A stretch of DNA of 18,152 nucleotides from Bdellovibrionia bacterium (lineage in GTDB: Bacteria > Bdellovibrionota > UBA1018): contig JBJMMA010000025.1 of the NCBI GenBank assembly GCA_045805065.1, forward strand, positions 1-18,152, written 5' to 3'. Positions within the stretch are counted from its first letter, which is position 1. The number at the start of each line of letters is the position of its first letter. The position numbers were made by a program, and so were the translations under genes. This document shows, piece after piece, positions 6,726-16,543 of the stretch. Below the pieces are notes generated by a model, which saw nothing but the letters and a program-made list of their open reading frames with translations, was not told the origin of the DNA and did no database searches.

Positions 6726-7568
6726 TTATTCGACCTTGCTGAGGACGCTGGAAACGATCGGCGCCTCGACCAGAACCAAAGCTTTGTCGGCACCCACGTG
6801 GCCCACGTGCTTGTTCTGAGGAAGGTAGTAGGTTCTGAAGACCTGGTCCCAGATGCTCAAGACTTTGCCATAGTTTTGCTGCGAGGTTTCGATGTTCACC
6901 GAGTGATGCCAGCGATGCAACTGAGCCGTGTTGAAAACGCGATTCAACCAACCGGCATCAAAATCAATATTGGCATGCTCCAAAAGCCCTGTTGCCGCGT
7001 TCATTGAAAAAACGAGCGCGAAGACCTCGGTTGGAGCGCCCAGAATTGCCAGCGGCATGAAATAAAGAACGAAGTTCAAAAGAAGGTCAAACGGGTGGAA
7101 TCTGGCGGCATTCATCCAGTACACACGGCGCGGAGTATGGTGCGTTCGATGACACTTCCAGAGCGCTTCAGTCTCGTGCCCCAGCCGATGGGTCCAGTAA
7201 AAGAAAAACTCACTCATGACCAACGCCAAGACCAGTTGCACAAGGATTGGCGCCTGTTTTGGCCAGATCGAAAACAATCCATCGCCAAACCCGTGTTTGA
7301 GTAGAAAAGAAACACCTTCCACCAGAACCGGAAAGACAAGGTTGGTCAAAAGAAGATCTGACCAGAAGTCATGATCCATTCGGTTCCAGCTTTTCCGGTA
7401 AGGCATGAGCTGCTCCAGTACCATGACGATCACAACTCCCGGAATGATCACACCCGAGGCAAGAAGCGTTGGATGCAAGGACGGATACGCACGAATCAGA
7501 GTGAGATGCCCGATCAATGCCAGAAAGACAAACGCTGGATAAAAAGCATTTCGAAACACGTCTCTCAT
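6726..7568 (-). CDS. Sterol desaturase / fatty acid hydroxylase superfamily membrane di-iron enzyme
   Basis: His boxes YWTHRLGH, HRTHH, FHPFD, HAN and HRWHH, plus NYG-x2-SIWD. Overlaps the upstream gene by ATGA. Confidence 0.93.
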   Translation of the reverse strand: MRDVFRNAFYPAFVFLALIGHLTLIRAYPSLHPTLLASGVIIPGVVIVMVLEQLMPYRKSWNRMDHDFWSDLLLTNLVFPVLVEGVSFLLKHGFGDGLFSIWPKQAPILVQLVLALVMSEFFFYWTHRLGHETEALWKCHRTHHTPRRVYWMNAARFHPFDLLLNFVLYFMPLAILGAPTEVFALVFSMNAATGLLEHANIDFDAGWLNRVFNTAQLHRWHHSVNIETSQQNYGKVLSIWDQVFRTYYLPQNKHVGHVGADKALVLVEAPIVSSVLSKVE

Positions 7569-8965
7569 TGCATCGTCTCCACTTGCTCAAGCACCGTCTG
7601 ATATAAAGCCTGATAAGCGTTGACCCGGGTCTTTCGGTCAGAAAGATCGAAAGAACCTACCGTTCCGTCCGTCAGCATGTGGGTGCCATTGAAGACAATG
7701 ACAGAATGGTAAGGCGAGACATCATTCGGGAGCGTATTTCCTGGATACTCAATAAAGCCATCGTTTGCTCCCACGGAAAGGTGAAGAGCACGATCCAGGT
7801 TCTGAAAAGTGCGCATGGTTGCCGCATCGTTGGCAATCAGGCCGTTGCCTGGCACCACACCGACTACTTCCAGATAAACGGCATCTGATGGGAGACCTGT
7901 GATGAATTGTGAGCGGACCTGCGAAAGATGCTCCACGGAGATGCTAGGGAGCGCGCGCTCGTACTCCCCCGCTTCTTCAAGCTTAGGGATCGGCATTTTT
8001 CTCAAAATCCGGCCAAGCGTCCGCGTGCCATGAAGGGAACCTGCGAACTCAGAGAAAAACGTTCCCCTGAACATCCCTGAAAGATTGATCACAGCGACAA
8101 TACGACCATATCCCGCTGGGCGACTCTTCTGGGTGCGCTCGGAATCCAGATAGGATGAGAGCACTTGAGAGGTGGCTGCAAGCATTTCGGTGCTCCCCTT
8201 GCACAAGCCAAATAAGATAATATCCCCGCCTGCGCGAAGCTGCGTCTCAATTTGCGGCACCAGCAGCGCTACGTTTTCCTCATAAGTTCCCAAAGGCGGT
8301 CTTCTGAGAATTGTCGTTTCGATTCCGGTCTGCTGAATCTCAGTCACGAAGTTTTTGACGTAGTCAGGAGTGGACGCCTTGATGTCCTGATCCCAGCCCA
8401 GGCCCATGACCACCAGCGCACGCAGACCGCGCTCTCTTTTTGAAGGTCTAGCCGAGTGAATGGAGGAAAGAGTCTTCAAATAGCGCGCTCTGAAAGCCGC
8501 ATTGGCAGGCTGACTTTCAATCCAGGCCTGGTAGACTTCACCTGCAAACCCTTTTCCATATCTTTTAGATAATTCGCGATTGGTCTCGAGCGTGAATTCC
8601 CGGATCGGATGGTGAGCCAGATAGGTCGCGCCATCGGGTTCTTCGTGATAAACGTTTCCCCCCTGCTTGACTTGCTCCAATCGTTGCAGGATTTCTGAAT
8701 CATTCCCCCAGCGCAGGGTTTGCTGGGGTGCCCCTATCCCCTCCATCCAGCGCTCGCACGACATCGGTATCGCCGAAGAATGAATCTTCCGGGCATAGGA
8801 ATCTTTTAGATTCCACTGATAGAGCACGGTCTTGTTCCCCGTCGACACGCAACGAGGCATGCCCCCCTCATCCACAGTCCACTGGGCTGCAGAACAAGTT
8901 GCAGCAGGAACTACGCAGAGGAAGATATTCAGCGCTAAAATGAAAGAGCGTCGACGGGCCCACAT
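7565..8965 (-). CDS. Exported alpha/beta-hydrolase-fold protein with Cys nucleophile elbow (GLCKG)
   Basis: Signal-like N-terminus; oxyanion-like VVMGLGWD; ILFGLCKGSTE; late NDG and GTH motifs, giving a putative triad C255-D402-H429. Confidence 0.7.
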   Translation of the reverse strand: MWARRRSFILALNIFLCVVPAATCSAAQWTVDEGGMPRCVSTGNKTVLYQWNLKDSYARKIHSSAIPMSCERWMEGIGAPQQTLRWGNDSEILQRLEQVKQGGNVYHEEPDGATYLAHHPIREFTLETNRELSKRYGKGFAGEVYQAWIESQPANAAFRARYLKTLSSIHSARPSKRERGLRALVVMGLGWDQDIKASTPDYVKNFVTEIQQTGIETTILRRPPLGTYEENVALLVPQIETQLRAGGDIILFGLCKGSTEMLAATSQVLSSYLDSERTQKSRPAGYGRIVAVINLSGMFRGTFFSEFAGSLHGTRTLGRILRKMPIPKLEEAGEYERALPSISVEHLSQVRSQFITGLPSDAVYLEVVGVVPGNGLIANDAATMRTFQNLDRALHLSVGANDGFIEYPGNTLPNDVSPYHSVIVFNGTHMLTDGTVGSFDLSDRKTRVNAYQALYQTVLEQVETMQ

Positions 8966-8974
8966 TCGCGCTGG

Positions 8975-9003
8975 ATCTTACAATTCCAGCCTTTTTTAGT
9001 CAA
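8975..9003 (-). promoter_or_regulatory. Putative sigma70 promoter of the hydrolase-desaturase-kinase operon
   Basis: TTGACT-N17-TAAGAT, ending 9 nt before ATG 8965; no SD sequence in between. Confidence 0.6.
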
Positions 9004-9031
9004 CTATATTAAACTCAGTACTTTTATTGGC

Positions 9032-10600
9032 TTAGCCTGCTTTTTGAAGACTCTGGTCTTCTTCGCCTCCGCGAACTTGGAGGGTCAATGCTGCCACCAA
9101 GGATTTAAGCTCCACGGCCTGACCGCTCAATTGATGGGCGGCTTCTGAGGACTTCTGCGAGGCACTGGAGTTGCGATGCGTGACTTGATCGAGCTGTGAC
9201 ATGGCCTTGGTGATTTCCTGAACTCCCTGAGCTTGCTCATGGGATGCCGTCGAAATTTCCTGGACCATGCGCTTGAGATCACCCACGTTGCCCACAATCT
9301 CATCGAGGACCTGGCCGCATTTCTCAGCAACCTGGGTTCCTGCGTCCACCTTTGACTTACCGGATTGAATCAGGCTTTCGACTTTGGAGGCGGTGTTATT
9401 GACGATGCCCTCGACTTTGGAAATGCTCTCCGAAAGCATATCGGAAATATCCTTTGCGGCCTTTCCGCTCATCGCGGCGAGATTGCCCACTTCTTCTGCA
9501 ACGACTGCGAAGCCCTTTCCATGCTCGCCTGCGCGCGCTGCCTCAACCGATGCATTGAACGAAAGAAGCTTGGTTTGGAATACGATGTCGTTGATGACTT
9601 TGGTCTTATTGCCAATCTCAGAGATCACTTGAACGATTTCCGAGATCTCGCGATTGCTTTGCTCGACTTGCTGGAAGATCTGAACGTTGCTTTCGCTGAT
9701 CTCGTGAATCGATCCGATCATTTCCTGGACCACGTTTTTGCCTCGGGTCGCAGCCTGATGACTTGCTTCAGAAACACCCTCAGAGCGTTTCGCGTTTTCA
9801 GCATTCTTTCCAACCATCGCGCTCACCTGCTCAATGGAAGCAACGGTCTCCTGAAGAGCAGCGGCCTGCTCGGTCGTGCTTTGTGCGAGATCCTGGCCTG
9901 TTTCCGAGACCTGAGAGGATGCACCAGCTACGACATTCGATCCCTCAAAAAGCTTTTCCACTAGGAATGTGATGTTTTTGCTGAGTCTGGATACTGACCA
10001 GACAATGAGAGCCCCCACAGCAAAGAGTCCGCCCAGAAGCGAGGCGATGATCAGCATCGCAGAGTGCTTCATGTCCTGATCCACACCATGCGTGGCATGA
10101 TCCACTTCTGCATGAACGCGTTCACTTAAAGCCGAATGAAGCTCCATATAAAGCGAGCGAAGCGGCATGTAGTTCTTCACGTAATAAGCTTGCGCGTCCT
10201 TGACCTGACCGGCAGAAACGAGTTTCATGACCTCCTGCTCAGCTGGGTCAAGCTTGGACGCATCAAAGTCAGCCAACTCCTGAATGAGCTTCAACGACTG
10301 AGGATCATGAGTCAGCGACTTCATTTCCTCAAGGACCTTGCCGTTCATATCATCAGCCTTCTTCTTGCGATCCAGCTCCGCCTTGTTGGAAGGATCCAGA
10401 ATAAAGCCCTTCATCGCATCGGCCATTTCAAGCACGTACGCTTTGGAGTCTTTAGCGTTATCATCCAGTTTTCCGGCTTGCTCAAGATCCGAAACTCCGC
10501 GAGAAAGCGCCTTCCAGGTCACGATAGAAACTGCACCGCCTAAGATTGCGAGCGGAATTAAGAGCATCATGAATTTTTGCGTCAGTGATAGTTTTTTCAT
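9032..10600 (-). CDS. Methyl-accepting chemotaxis protein (2 TM, periplasmic four-helix-bundle-type sensor)
   Basis: TM1 at aa ~10-30, helical periplasmic region, TM2 at aa ~181-203, MCP hairpin tip [31 protein letters not shown]. Confidence 0.96.
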   Translation of the reverse strand: MKKLSLTQKFMMLLIPLAILGGAVSIVTWKALSRGVSDLEQAGKLDDNAKDSKAYVLEMADAMKGFILDPSNKAELDRKKKADDMNGKVLEEMKSLTHDPQSLKLIQELADFDASKLDPAEQEVMKLVSAGQVKDAQAYYVKNYMPLRSLYMELHSALSERVHAEVDHATHGVDQDMKHSAMLIIASLLGGLFAVGALIVWSVSRLSKNITFLVEKLFEGSNVVAGASSQVSETGQDLAQSTTEQAAALQETVASIEQVSAMVGKNAENAKRSEGVSEASHQAATRGKNVVQEMIGSIHEISESNVQIFQQVEQSNREISEIVQVISEIGNKTKVINDIVFQTKLLSFNASVEAARAGEHGKGFAVVAEEVGNLAAMSGKAAKDISDMLSESISKVEGIVNNTASKVESLIQSGKSKVDAGTQVAEKCGQVLDEIVGNVGDLKRMVQEISTASHEQAQGVQEITKAMSQLDQVTHRNSSASQKSSEAAHQLSGQAVELKSLVAALTLQVRGGEEDQSLQKAG

Positions 10601-10616
10601 AAGTGATCCCTCATTT

Positions 10617-12272
10617 TTAAAAGCTCAACTCAAAGCGAATAGACCCCACGGAGGCATTGGCTAAACCGGGGTTTGCCACTGGATCTCCCTGAGGATGAAT
10701 AATGTATTGATAGTCAGGTTGCACTGCGATCCCGGGTAAAAGCTCGATGCGATAGTTCGCTTCGATGGCGCTTTCCGCACCCGGGACTACAACTCCCTGG
10801 TCCTGAAGCGAGGCTTCGTACTCTCCGCCGTTCGTGACTCTTGCGAGCGCGACTCCGAAACGATCTTTCGGACGATGCGGAACAAGACCGGTAAAGACAA
10901 CGCCTGTGCCGAGCGATGTTCCAAAGCGATTGACTTCAGTGGACGCGATTCCATACCGGCAAAACAGCGTCACATTGCCAAAAATGGATTGCTCGGCCAG
11001 AAAGTAGATTCCGTGACTGCTTGCCTGAGTCGGAATCGTATTGCCGGAAGAGTCTGTGATCGAGTTATGGAGCGAATCAAATGTTCTCGTATACGTCCAG
11101 TATCCGATGCCATACTTGCCAGGGTTTTTGGTCTGGTCGATTTTACCGCGAAGATAAGCCATTTCAGAGATCAGCAGGAGCCCATCCTTCGCGTTCAGAC
11201 GAAACTTTGTTCCGTATGGGTTTCCAGGATCACCGCTTTGCGCATTCCACACGCCAAACTGAAAGTAGAATTCCTTCGTAGGCTCAACACGAAACCGGAT
11301 CGCTGGCGCCGTCGTCGGGAAGATCGATGGGCCATTCACGCCGGTCTGAGATAGATCCTTTCCTACTCCAAACGTGCTGTTAAAGAAAAGGCCGGACGAA
11401 TCCGTCACATAAAATTCGCTGTTCAGATCGTGCATGCCCACGAGAACCGAGACTTTATCTTCGAACAAAATCTGCTGAGCCCAGAGTTCGTACACCTTGG
11501 CGGTGTTCACAGGCGTTTCGATATTGCTGCTGATCTGAGCATCGCCCACGTTTTTGGAAGGATCTCCTCCCAGGTCACCCAATCCGTAGAAAAAGAAGCT
11601 TCCGCCTTTCCAGCCAACAAGCTTCTCTCCGTCAACACTCACGCGAAGATCAATATTGGATAGATACGTCGATGCTTGGCGGATCCCGCCTGAAAAATTG
11701 CGATTCCACTCACCGCGATAGATCAGCGCCAGGTCGATCCCAAGGTCGGAAATTTTCTTTCTTGCCCCACCCCAGTTCTTGGTGAGTCGAGATTCCTCTT
11801 CCATCGGACTTTCTGCGACAGGAGGAACCTCTTGGGTCTCACGCGTCGCCGAGCGCTGAGGCAGTGGCGTTTCGCCTGCAAGCTTTTCAAGACTCTCGGC
11901 TTCTTTCTTAGCCTGAAGCTTCGACTTGGACTTCTCTTTGATCTTCCGCTTTTTCTTTTTTTCTTTTTTCTTCTTCGGAGGCGGAGCTTGCTCTTCGCTT
12001 TCGCTCTCTGGCTCCGCAGTCTCTACTGCAGCAGGTGCGGCACTAGGCGGCACTGGCGATGGAACAACGGTAATTTTAACTTCGGGTTGAACTGAGACCT
12101 GAGAGGGAGTGGCCTGCTGGTTTGCTTCAAGCTTTTTGAGCTTTTCACGGACGGATGAGATCGCATCCTCTGCGGTTTTCGCCTCTTCAGCAAATCCCAA
12201 AGATGCGCTTCCCATCGCGAGCGCCAAAAGGGATGCGCTGACATAAATCTGACTGCCTCTTTTTCTAATCAT
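10617..12272 (-). CDS. OprB-family carbohydrate-selective porin with long charged N-terminal extension
   Basis: Signal peptide; LT-x-NWGG-R-x6-[30 protein letters not shown] and [10 protein letters not shown] motifs; C-terminal Phe (RFELSF). Confidence 0.9.
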   Translation of the reverse strand: MIRKRGSQIYVSASLLALAMGSASLGFAEEAKTAEDAISSVREKLKKLEANQQATPSQVSVQPEVKITVVPSPVPPSAAPAAVETAEPESESEEQAPPPKKKKEKKKKRKIKEKSKSKLQAKKEAESLEKLAGETPLPQRSATRETQEVPPVAESPMEEESRLTKNWGGARKKISDLGIDLALIYRGEWNRNFSGGIRQASTYLSNIDLRVSVDGEKLVGWKGGSFFFYGLGDLGGDPSKNVGDAQISSNIETPVNTAKVYELWAQQILFEDKVSVLVGMHDLNSEFYVTDSSGLFFNSTFGVGKDLSQTGVNGPSIFPTTAPAIRFRVEPTKEFYFQFGVWNAQSGDPGNPYGTKFRLNAKDGLLLISEMAYLRGKIDQTKNPGKYGIGYWTYTRTFDSLHNSITDSSGNTIPTQASSHGIYFLAEQSIFGNVTLFCRYGIASTEVNRFGTSLGTGVVFTGLVPHRPKDRFGVALARVTNGGEYEASLQDQGVVVPGAESAIEANYRIELLPGIAVQPDYQYIIHPQGDPVANPGLANASVGSIRFELSF

Positions 12273-12313
12273 CTCGAACTCAACCTCATGGATGCATTAA
12301 GAGTATGCATTCC

Positions 12314-12340
12314 CTTTCGGCAATTCGCGGACTTAACTGA
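12314..12340 (-). promoter_or_regulatory. Putative sigma28 promoter for the porin-MCP operon
   Basis: Minus strand TCAG-N15-GCCGAAAG, about 40 nt upstream of the porin ATG; fits chemotaxis-gene regulation. Confidence 0.55.
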
Positions 12341-12534
12341 GGTTAGTTGTGAGATGAGAACAATTAAGGCGCACTATTCTTGAGTGAACAGTGGATGATT
12401 AATGTGTGATTTCGGGAGCTTCTCTACTCTTTAGAATTTTTGTAGAAATCGTGAAGCCAAGAGAAAATGAGTCAATTGTCGCCAGGAAAGGACAAGCCGA
12501 AACGCTCATCCATTCCTGGCTTCATATAAATTCA

Positions 12535-12975
12535 TTACATCGGATGACTGATCGAATGGCAGGTCAGCTCGGCAGAGGTCGTGCCGGTATCGGTTGGAAG
12601 AATGAGAGTCGCGTTCATGGATTCAGGAGAATCTTCCATGTTCACGTCCGCGCTGTAAACCAACCGGAAATTCTCTCCATTCGTTTCGGTGTCAGTAAAG
12701 ATCTGGCTGACTCCTTGTGACGTCAGCGTGACGGTAGGAATCGTCAGAATCACCTTCTTGCCTGCAATCGACGATTCAGAAACTTCGGCCGAGTAATGCG
12801 GCATAAGACCGCCGTAGGAGATCTCAACATTCACGCCCGCATCCGCCAGGTTAGGATTTGAGCAACGGAGCGTCAGGTACATTTCATCTGGATTGCCATC
12901 GCGGACCACAGCGAAAGCAGGAGCCTGAGCCAATACAGCCAAAGCAGAAGCCAGAACAAGAATCGTTTTTTTCAT
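12535..12975 (-). CDS. Secreted hypothetical protein (146 aa, two Cys)
   Basis: RBS GAGGA; signal MKKTILVLASALAVLAQAPAFA; beta-rich; Cys in LRC and ELTC. Confidence 0.8.
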   Translation of the reverse strand: MKKTILVLASALAVLAQAPAFAVVRDGNPDEMYLTLRCSNPNLADAGVNVEISYGGLMPHYSAEVSESSIAGKKVILTIPTVTLTSQGVSQIFTDTETNGENFRLVYSADVNMEDSPESMNATLILPTDTGTTSAELTCHSISHPM

Positions 12976-13093
12976 GAGTTCCTCGTTTCAATGATCAACA
13001 CCGTTCAACTTGATCACTTTTTAGCCGTCTAGGCGAAAGATGGAAAGCAATTTACTGCTCGGTTTCGCGATAATGCTCAGCATCAGGACCAAT

Positions 13094-13516
13094 TCAGTCT
13101 TTAATTGAGCAGCTGAGGTCACGCTCTTCGCCTTCAAAAGCAACCGTCACATCCGTAACCTGGCCATCCTTCTTTTCGATAGCAAAAACACCACCGCTGT
13201 TTTCGCCAAACAGGTAGACAAGCTGACCTGGACGCACGGTCGAGTGAGCGCTGATCGGTGCGCCATTGATCAGGTCATTCTGGTCCAAAGTAAGGACAAG
13301 TCCCACTCCGTCACGAGACTTCATCTGAAGGGTTAATCCCCTCTCTGAGGCCGTGAAGTTTGCGAAGCAATGGGTGCCTTGAACTCGATACTCAGAGCCA
13401 GACAGAAAGTCGCGAGCCTGGGACAGAAAACTCACGCTGCTGTTTTCAGAAGCATAAGCCTGGGATCCAGAAACAACGGCGGAAATGGCAGCAAAGATAA
13501 CGAAGAGTTGGGTCAT
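13094..13516 (-). CDS. Secreted hypothetical protein (140 aa, two Cys)
   Basis: GAGAGG before ATG 13516; signal ending QAYA; Cys in THC and DLSC. Confidence 0.75.
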   Translation of the reverse strand: MTQLFVIFAAISAVVSGSQAYASENSSVSFLSQARDFLSGSEYRVQGTHCFANFTASERGLTLQMKSRDGVGLVLTLDQNDLINGAPISAHSTVRPGQLVYLFGENSGGVFAIEKKDGQVTDVTVAFEGEERDLSCSIKD

Positions 13517-13646
13517 ATAGCCTCTCAATTGCTTAAAGATTTGCGGGTCTTTTACAATGGCAGGCTAACGAGGTCCATTCTTTAATATTTGTGTAGTTAG
13601 AGCTGGAGAACGCACACGCTAAGCTCTTGAATTCATTCAAGTCGCT

Positions 13647-15824
13647 TTACGGATTCACGGTTCCGCCGTAAGGCGAAGTTCCCGTCGCCACCGACAGCGT
13701 GCCTCCGCCTTTTGTGACCGTGTTGCCATTCAAGCTCAGCGCATGCAGGGTCAGGTTATAGCCCGACATATTGATCGATCCGCTCGTAACGGTAGTCGTT
13801 TGCGTGGATCCGTTCCAGATCACGTTGGATGCGAGCGTGATGCCGCTTGGGTTGTTCACCGTAATGACTCCGCTTGGAAAGGTCCCACCGCTTTGTGTGA
13901 CGCTTTGTGCGCTGGATCCATTGAATGTCATAGCCGCGGTGCCGCCGTATATTTCCGTAATCGTCACATTACCGGCCACTGCCAGCGTTCCTCCATCAAT
14001 GAGGTGAAAGGTATTAAAGGTTAAATTTCCACCGATGTTAAATGTCCCGCTTACGGTCTCATGCAGGTAAGTGCAGCTCTTGCTGACGAACTGAACATTG
14101 TTATACGTCGCGGAGCCCGGCGAGATTGTGAGAGGGATACAATCTGAATTGAACATCAGAGTTGATCCCGTCGTCACTAGATTTCCCGACGTGTAAGTAA
14201 AACTTCGCCCAAAATAAATGGAGCCTGATAATGTGACATTATTCGCTCCCGCTGCGATGGTGACGTTAGGAAGGTTCGCTGACGACGAACCATTGCCCGA
14301 AATCGTCTGGCCAGCGGCATTTCCTGCGACAACGATCGTTGCTGATCCAGAATAGACGTAGTTGCCTGTGACGATGTCTCCATAGGCATTGATTGTTCCG
14401 CCATTGATGTAGTTCTGCCCGTTAAACGTGAGAGTTCCGCCCACATTCAATGTTCCAGAGATGTTAGCAGTGGGTCCATTGGCACCTTGGGTGAATTGAA
14501 CATGGTTAAGCATCGCGCTTCCGGCAGAGATCGTTTTTGATCCATTGGCAGCGTTAAAGATGAACGTTGATCCTGTTGCCGTAAATGTACCGACGGTCGT
14601 CACCGTGAAGTTACTGTTGTAGAGGTTGACCGTACCGCTGAAGGTCACAGGATTTGACCCCGTATCAATCACCAGATCCGCCCGCAGACTCGACGTCGGA
14701 TCTCCGGTGACGGTCTGTCCTGAAGCGTTTCCTACCAGCTTGATCGTCATGCCGGATGACTGCCCGTAGCTTGAACTCGGCATATTGAGATTGCCTGAGA
14801 GAAGAATCGTTCCGTTCGAAAGCTTTCCGTATCCGGGACCCGATACATTAGCGAGAGTGAGATCCCCTGCAATGGTCATCGAGCCACCGCCCAGGTCATT
14901 GTTCGTTTCCGATCCGCTGAATTTCACATTTTTATAAGTCACGCTTCCTGGAATGATGGAAGTCACAGTTGACCAAGGCTGATTGAATTGAAGCATTCCG
15001 CCATTGTGCGCAAACGTAGGTGATCCACTCACCTTGAAAAGCGTGCCATTGACCTGCCACGTTCCAGAAGTCGCTGTGTAAGCTCCACCCAGAAGTGCCC
15101 AGCTTCCGTTGTCGGTAATCGCATCGCCGCTGCTGCTTCCAGCAAAGGATCCTGCGGATTGAATCCAGCCCGATGATCCAATCGTCAGAGTCACACCGCT
15201 GTTTTGAGTGATCGTGCCTGAGTAAGTTGAGTCCATTCTCACTCCGCCCACGCTCATGTTCGCAGTGATATTGGGTGAGCAATTGGATGAGCAGGTTCCG
15301 TTGAAAATGGCGACGTTAGATGCCCCCGGAGCTGCACCCCCCGACCAGTTTGCAGCCGTGCTCCAGTTGGCATTCCCCCCTCCTCCGGTCCAGACAAAAG
15401 GATTGGTTGAGATCGTCTCGCTCTGGGACACGCTCTTATAAGCAGTTGCTGAAGCTGTGATCGGCAAGGTCCCCGTCGCGCCCGCGACAAAGTAAAAGCT
15501 TGAGTTATTGGTCCCTGAACTTACCGTGATGGACGTCACTGCCGAAGTGCAATCCGGGTCCGAGTAGAAAGTCAGGTTGGTTCCTGCGAGATTGACCGTG
15601 AGGGTTGAACTCACATTCGTTGCGACACCCAGGTAATTCAAAGTCTGAATCGTGGCTGTGCCCGAGCAGTTCGACTGATAGATCGATTGCGCCGAAGTCG
15701 TGAACTTCAACTTGCCCAGATGAGAAGCCCAAAAAGCAATCGTAGGCACCGTGGCGTGCGCTTGCTGGCACGCCGTCACGCCGAGAAACAAAAGCAATAA
15801 GGGTTGAACTCTATCATTCCTCAA
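13647..15824 (-). CDS. Large exported Gly/Thr/Asn/Ser-rich beta-helix (adhesin/passenger-like) protein
   Basis: Probable TTG start at 15824 after GGGAGAGG; signal or lipobox region LLLLFLGVTAC-QQAHA. Ig-like N-terminal part, WTGGGGNANWSTAANW cap motif and ~135-143-aa internal repeats; no C-terminal beta-barrel. Confidence 0.8.
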   Translation of the reverse strand: MRNDRVQPLLLLFLGVTACQQAHATVPTIAFWASHLGKLKFTTSAQSIYQSNCSGTATIQTLNYLGVATNVSSTLTVNLAGTNLTFYSDPDCTSAVTSITVSSGTNNSSFYFVAGATGTLPITASATAYKSVSQSETISTNPFVWTGGGGNANWSTAANWSGGAAPGASNVAIFNGTCSSNCSPNITANMSVGGVRMDSTYSGTITQNSGVTLTIGSSGWIQSAGSFAGSSSGDAITDNGSWALLGGAYTATSGTWQVNGTLFKVSGSPTFAHNGGMLQFNQPWSTVTSIIPGSVTYKNVKFSGSETNNDLGGGSMTIAGDLTLANVSGPGYGKLSNGTILLSGNLNMPSSSYGQSSGMTIKLVGNASGQTVTGDPTSSLRADLVIDTGSNPVTFSGTVNLYNSNFTVTTVGTFTATGSTFIFNAANGSKTISAGSAMLNHVQFTQGANGPTANISGTLNVGGTLTFNGQNYINGGTINAYGDIVTGNYVYSGSATIVVAGNAAGQTISGNGSSSANLPNVTIAAGANNVTLSGSIYFGRSFTYTSGNLVTTGSTLMFNSDCIPLTISPGSATYNNVQFVSKSCTYLHETVSGTFNIGGNLTFNTFHLIDGGTLAVAGNVTITEIYGGTAAMTFNGSSAQSVTQSGGTFPSGVITVNNPSGITLASNVIWNGSTQTTTVTSGSINMSGYNLTLHALSLNGNTVTKGGGTLSVATGTSPYGGTVNP

Positions 15825-15879
15825 GAGACCTCTCCCGCTTACGTACAACAAGGAATTCAGGCAGTTTGCCTTATTAGAA

Positions 15880-15908
15880 ATCTTACTAATTCTATAACAT
15901 TTGTTCAA
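15880..15908 (-). promoter_or_regulatory. Putative sigma70 promoter for the beta-helix gene
   Basis: TTGAAC-N17-TAAGAT lies inside the ORF-track 5' extension, which supports the later start. Confidence 0.5.
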
Positions 15909-15927
15909 CTGTGTCTGCGATGACCTC

Positions 15928-15970
15928 AAAAAACAAAAAAGCCCGGCCTGAACTGAATCAAGCCGGGCTT
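15928..15970 (-). terminator. Rho-independent terminator of the 16004-16543 gene
   Basis: Minus strand AAGCCCGGC-TTGATTCAGTTCAG-GCCGGGC-TTTTTTGTTTTTT. Confidence 0.85.
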
Positions 15971-16003
15971 CAATCGATTTTATCGCCAGTTTTTATCGTT
16001 AGC

Positions 16004-16543
16004 TTATTGATAGAACATGTAGATGTTCGGCAGATTGACCGGAGTACCGTCTGGAAGCGTTCCTGTGACAATCATGGCCCGGATCATCCCAAAGTCATTG
16101 TATGCGCCATTCGGAGCGACCTGAGGTTGATGGTAATAAAACTGCTCATTGAGAAGAGAGGATTGGCCGTTCTGGTTCATTACGCGGATACTGCGAACAT
16201 AGACATCACTGTTTTGGGCGTATCCGGTTGTTCTGTAGAGAAACTTCCAGACCGTCAGGCCCGTGATTCTCAAGAAGTAGACCTGACCGCTCATCTGGAC
16301 TCTCACATATCCTTCAGGATGCGGATCTTTCGCAGGGCGTGGCATCTCTCCAAAGCAAAGCGCTGGATTGAATGGCTGCGTCTGAGTCGTTGCGCAATAC
16401 TCATGGGTTCCAGCTGGAGGAAGCGGCGTCGTGCTCAAATGCCAGAGGACAAGATCCGTCTGGGGAGGAGGCGTATCGGCAAACGCCAGAGAGCTCGAAA
16501 AAGCCAAACCTAAAACCGATAGAATCAATCCAAACTTCTTCAT
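16004..16543 (-). CDS. Secreted hypothetical protein (179 aa)
   Basis: Signal MKKFGLILSVLGLAFSSSLAFA-D; Pro-rich start; Cys pair; followed by a terminator. Confidence 0.8.
   Translation of the reverse strand: MKKFGLILSVLGLAFSSSLAFADTPPPQTDLVLWHLSTTPLPPAGTHEYCATTQTQPFNPALCFGEMPRPAKDPHPEGYVRVQMSGQVYFLRITGLTVWKFLYRTTGYAQNSDVYVRSIRVMNQNGQSSLLNEQFYYHQPQVAPNGAYNDFGMIRAMIVTGTLPDGTPVNLPNIYMFYQ

Noticed and set aside
9365..11663. Several plus-strand ORFs opposite the MCP and porin genes
   Set aside because: Antisense to well-supported genes, with no SD or domain evidence.
12292..12310. ATGCAT-N7-ATGCAT palindrome in the porin leader
   Set aside because: Short and plausibly chance; nothing else supports an operator.
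15825..15929. ORF-track 5' extension of the beta-helix gene, and a GGCAAAC motif suggesting a c-di-GMP-I riboswitch
   Set aside because: The region holds a promoter-like element and abuts a terminator. GGCAAAC is not followed by the GAAA tetraloop stem and GACGCAAAGC required for the riboswitch.
15911..16513. 200-aa plus-strand ORF
   Set aside because: Antisense shadow of the signal-peptide gene 16004-16543; it runs through that gene's terminator and has no recognisable motifs.
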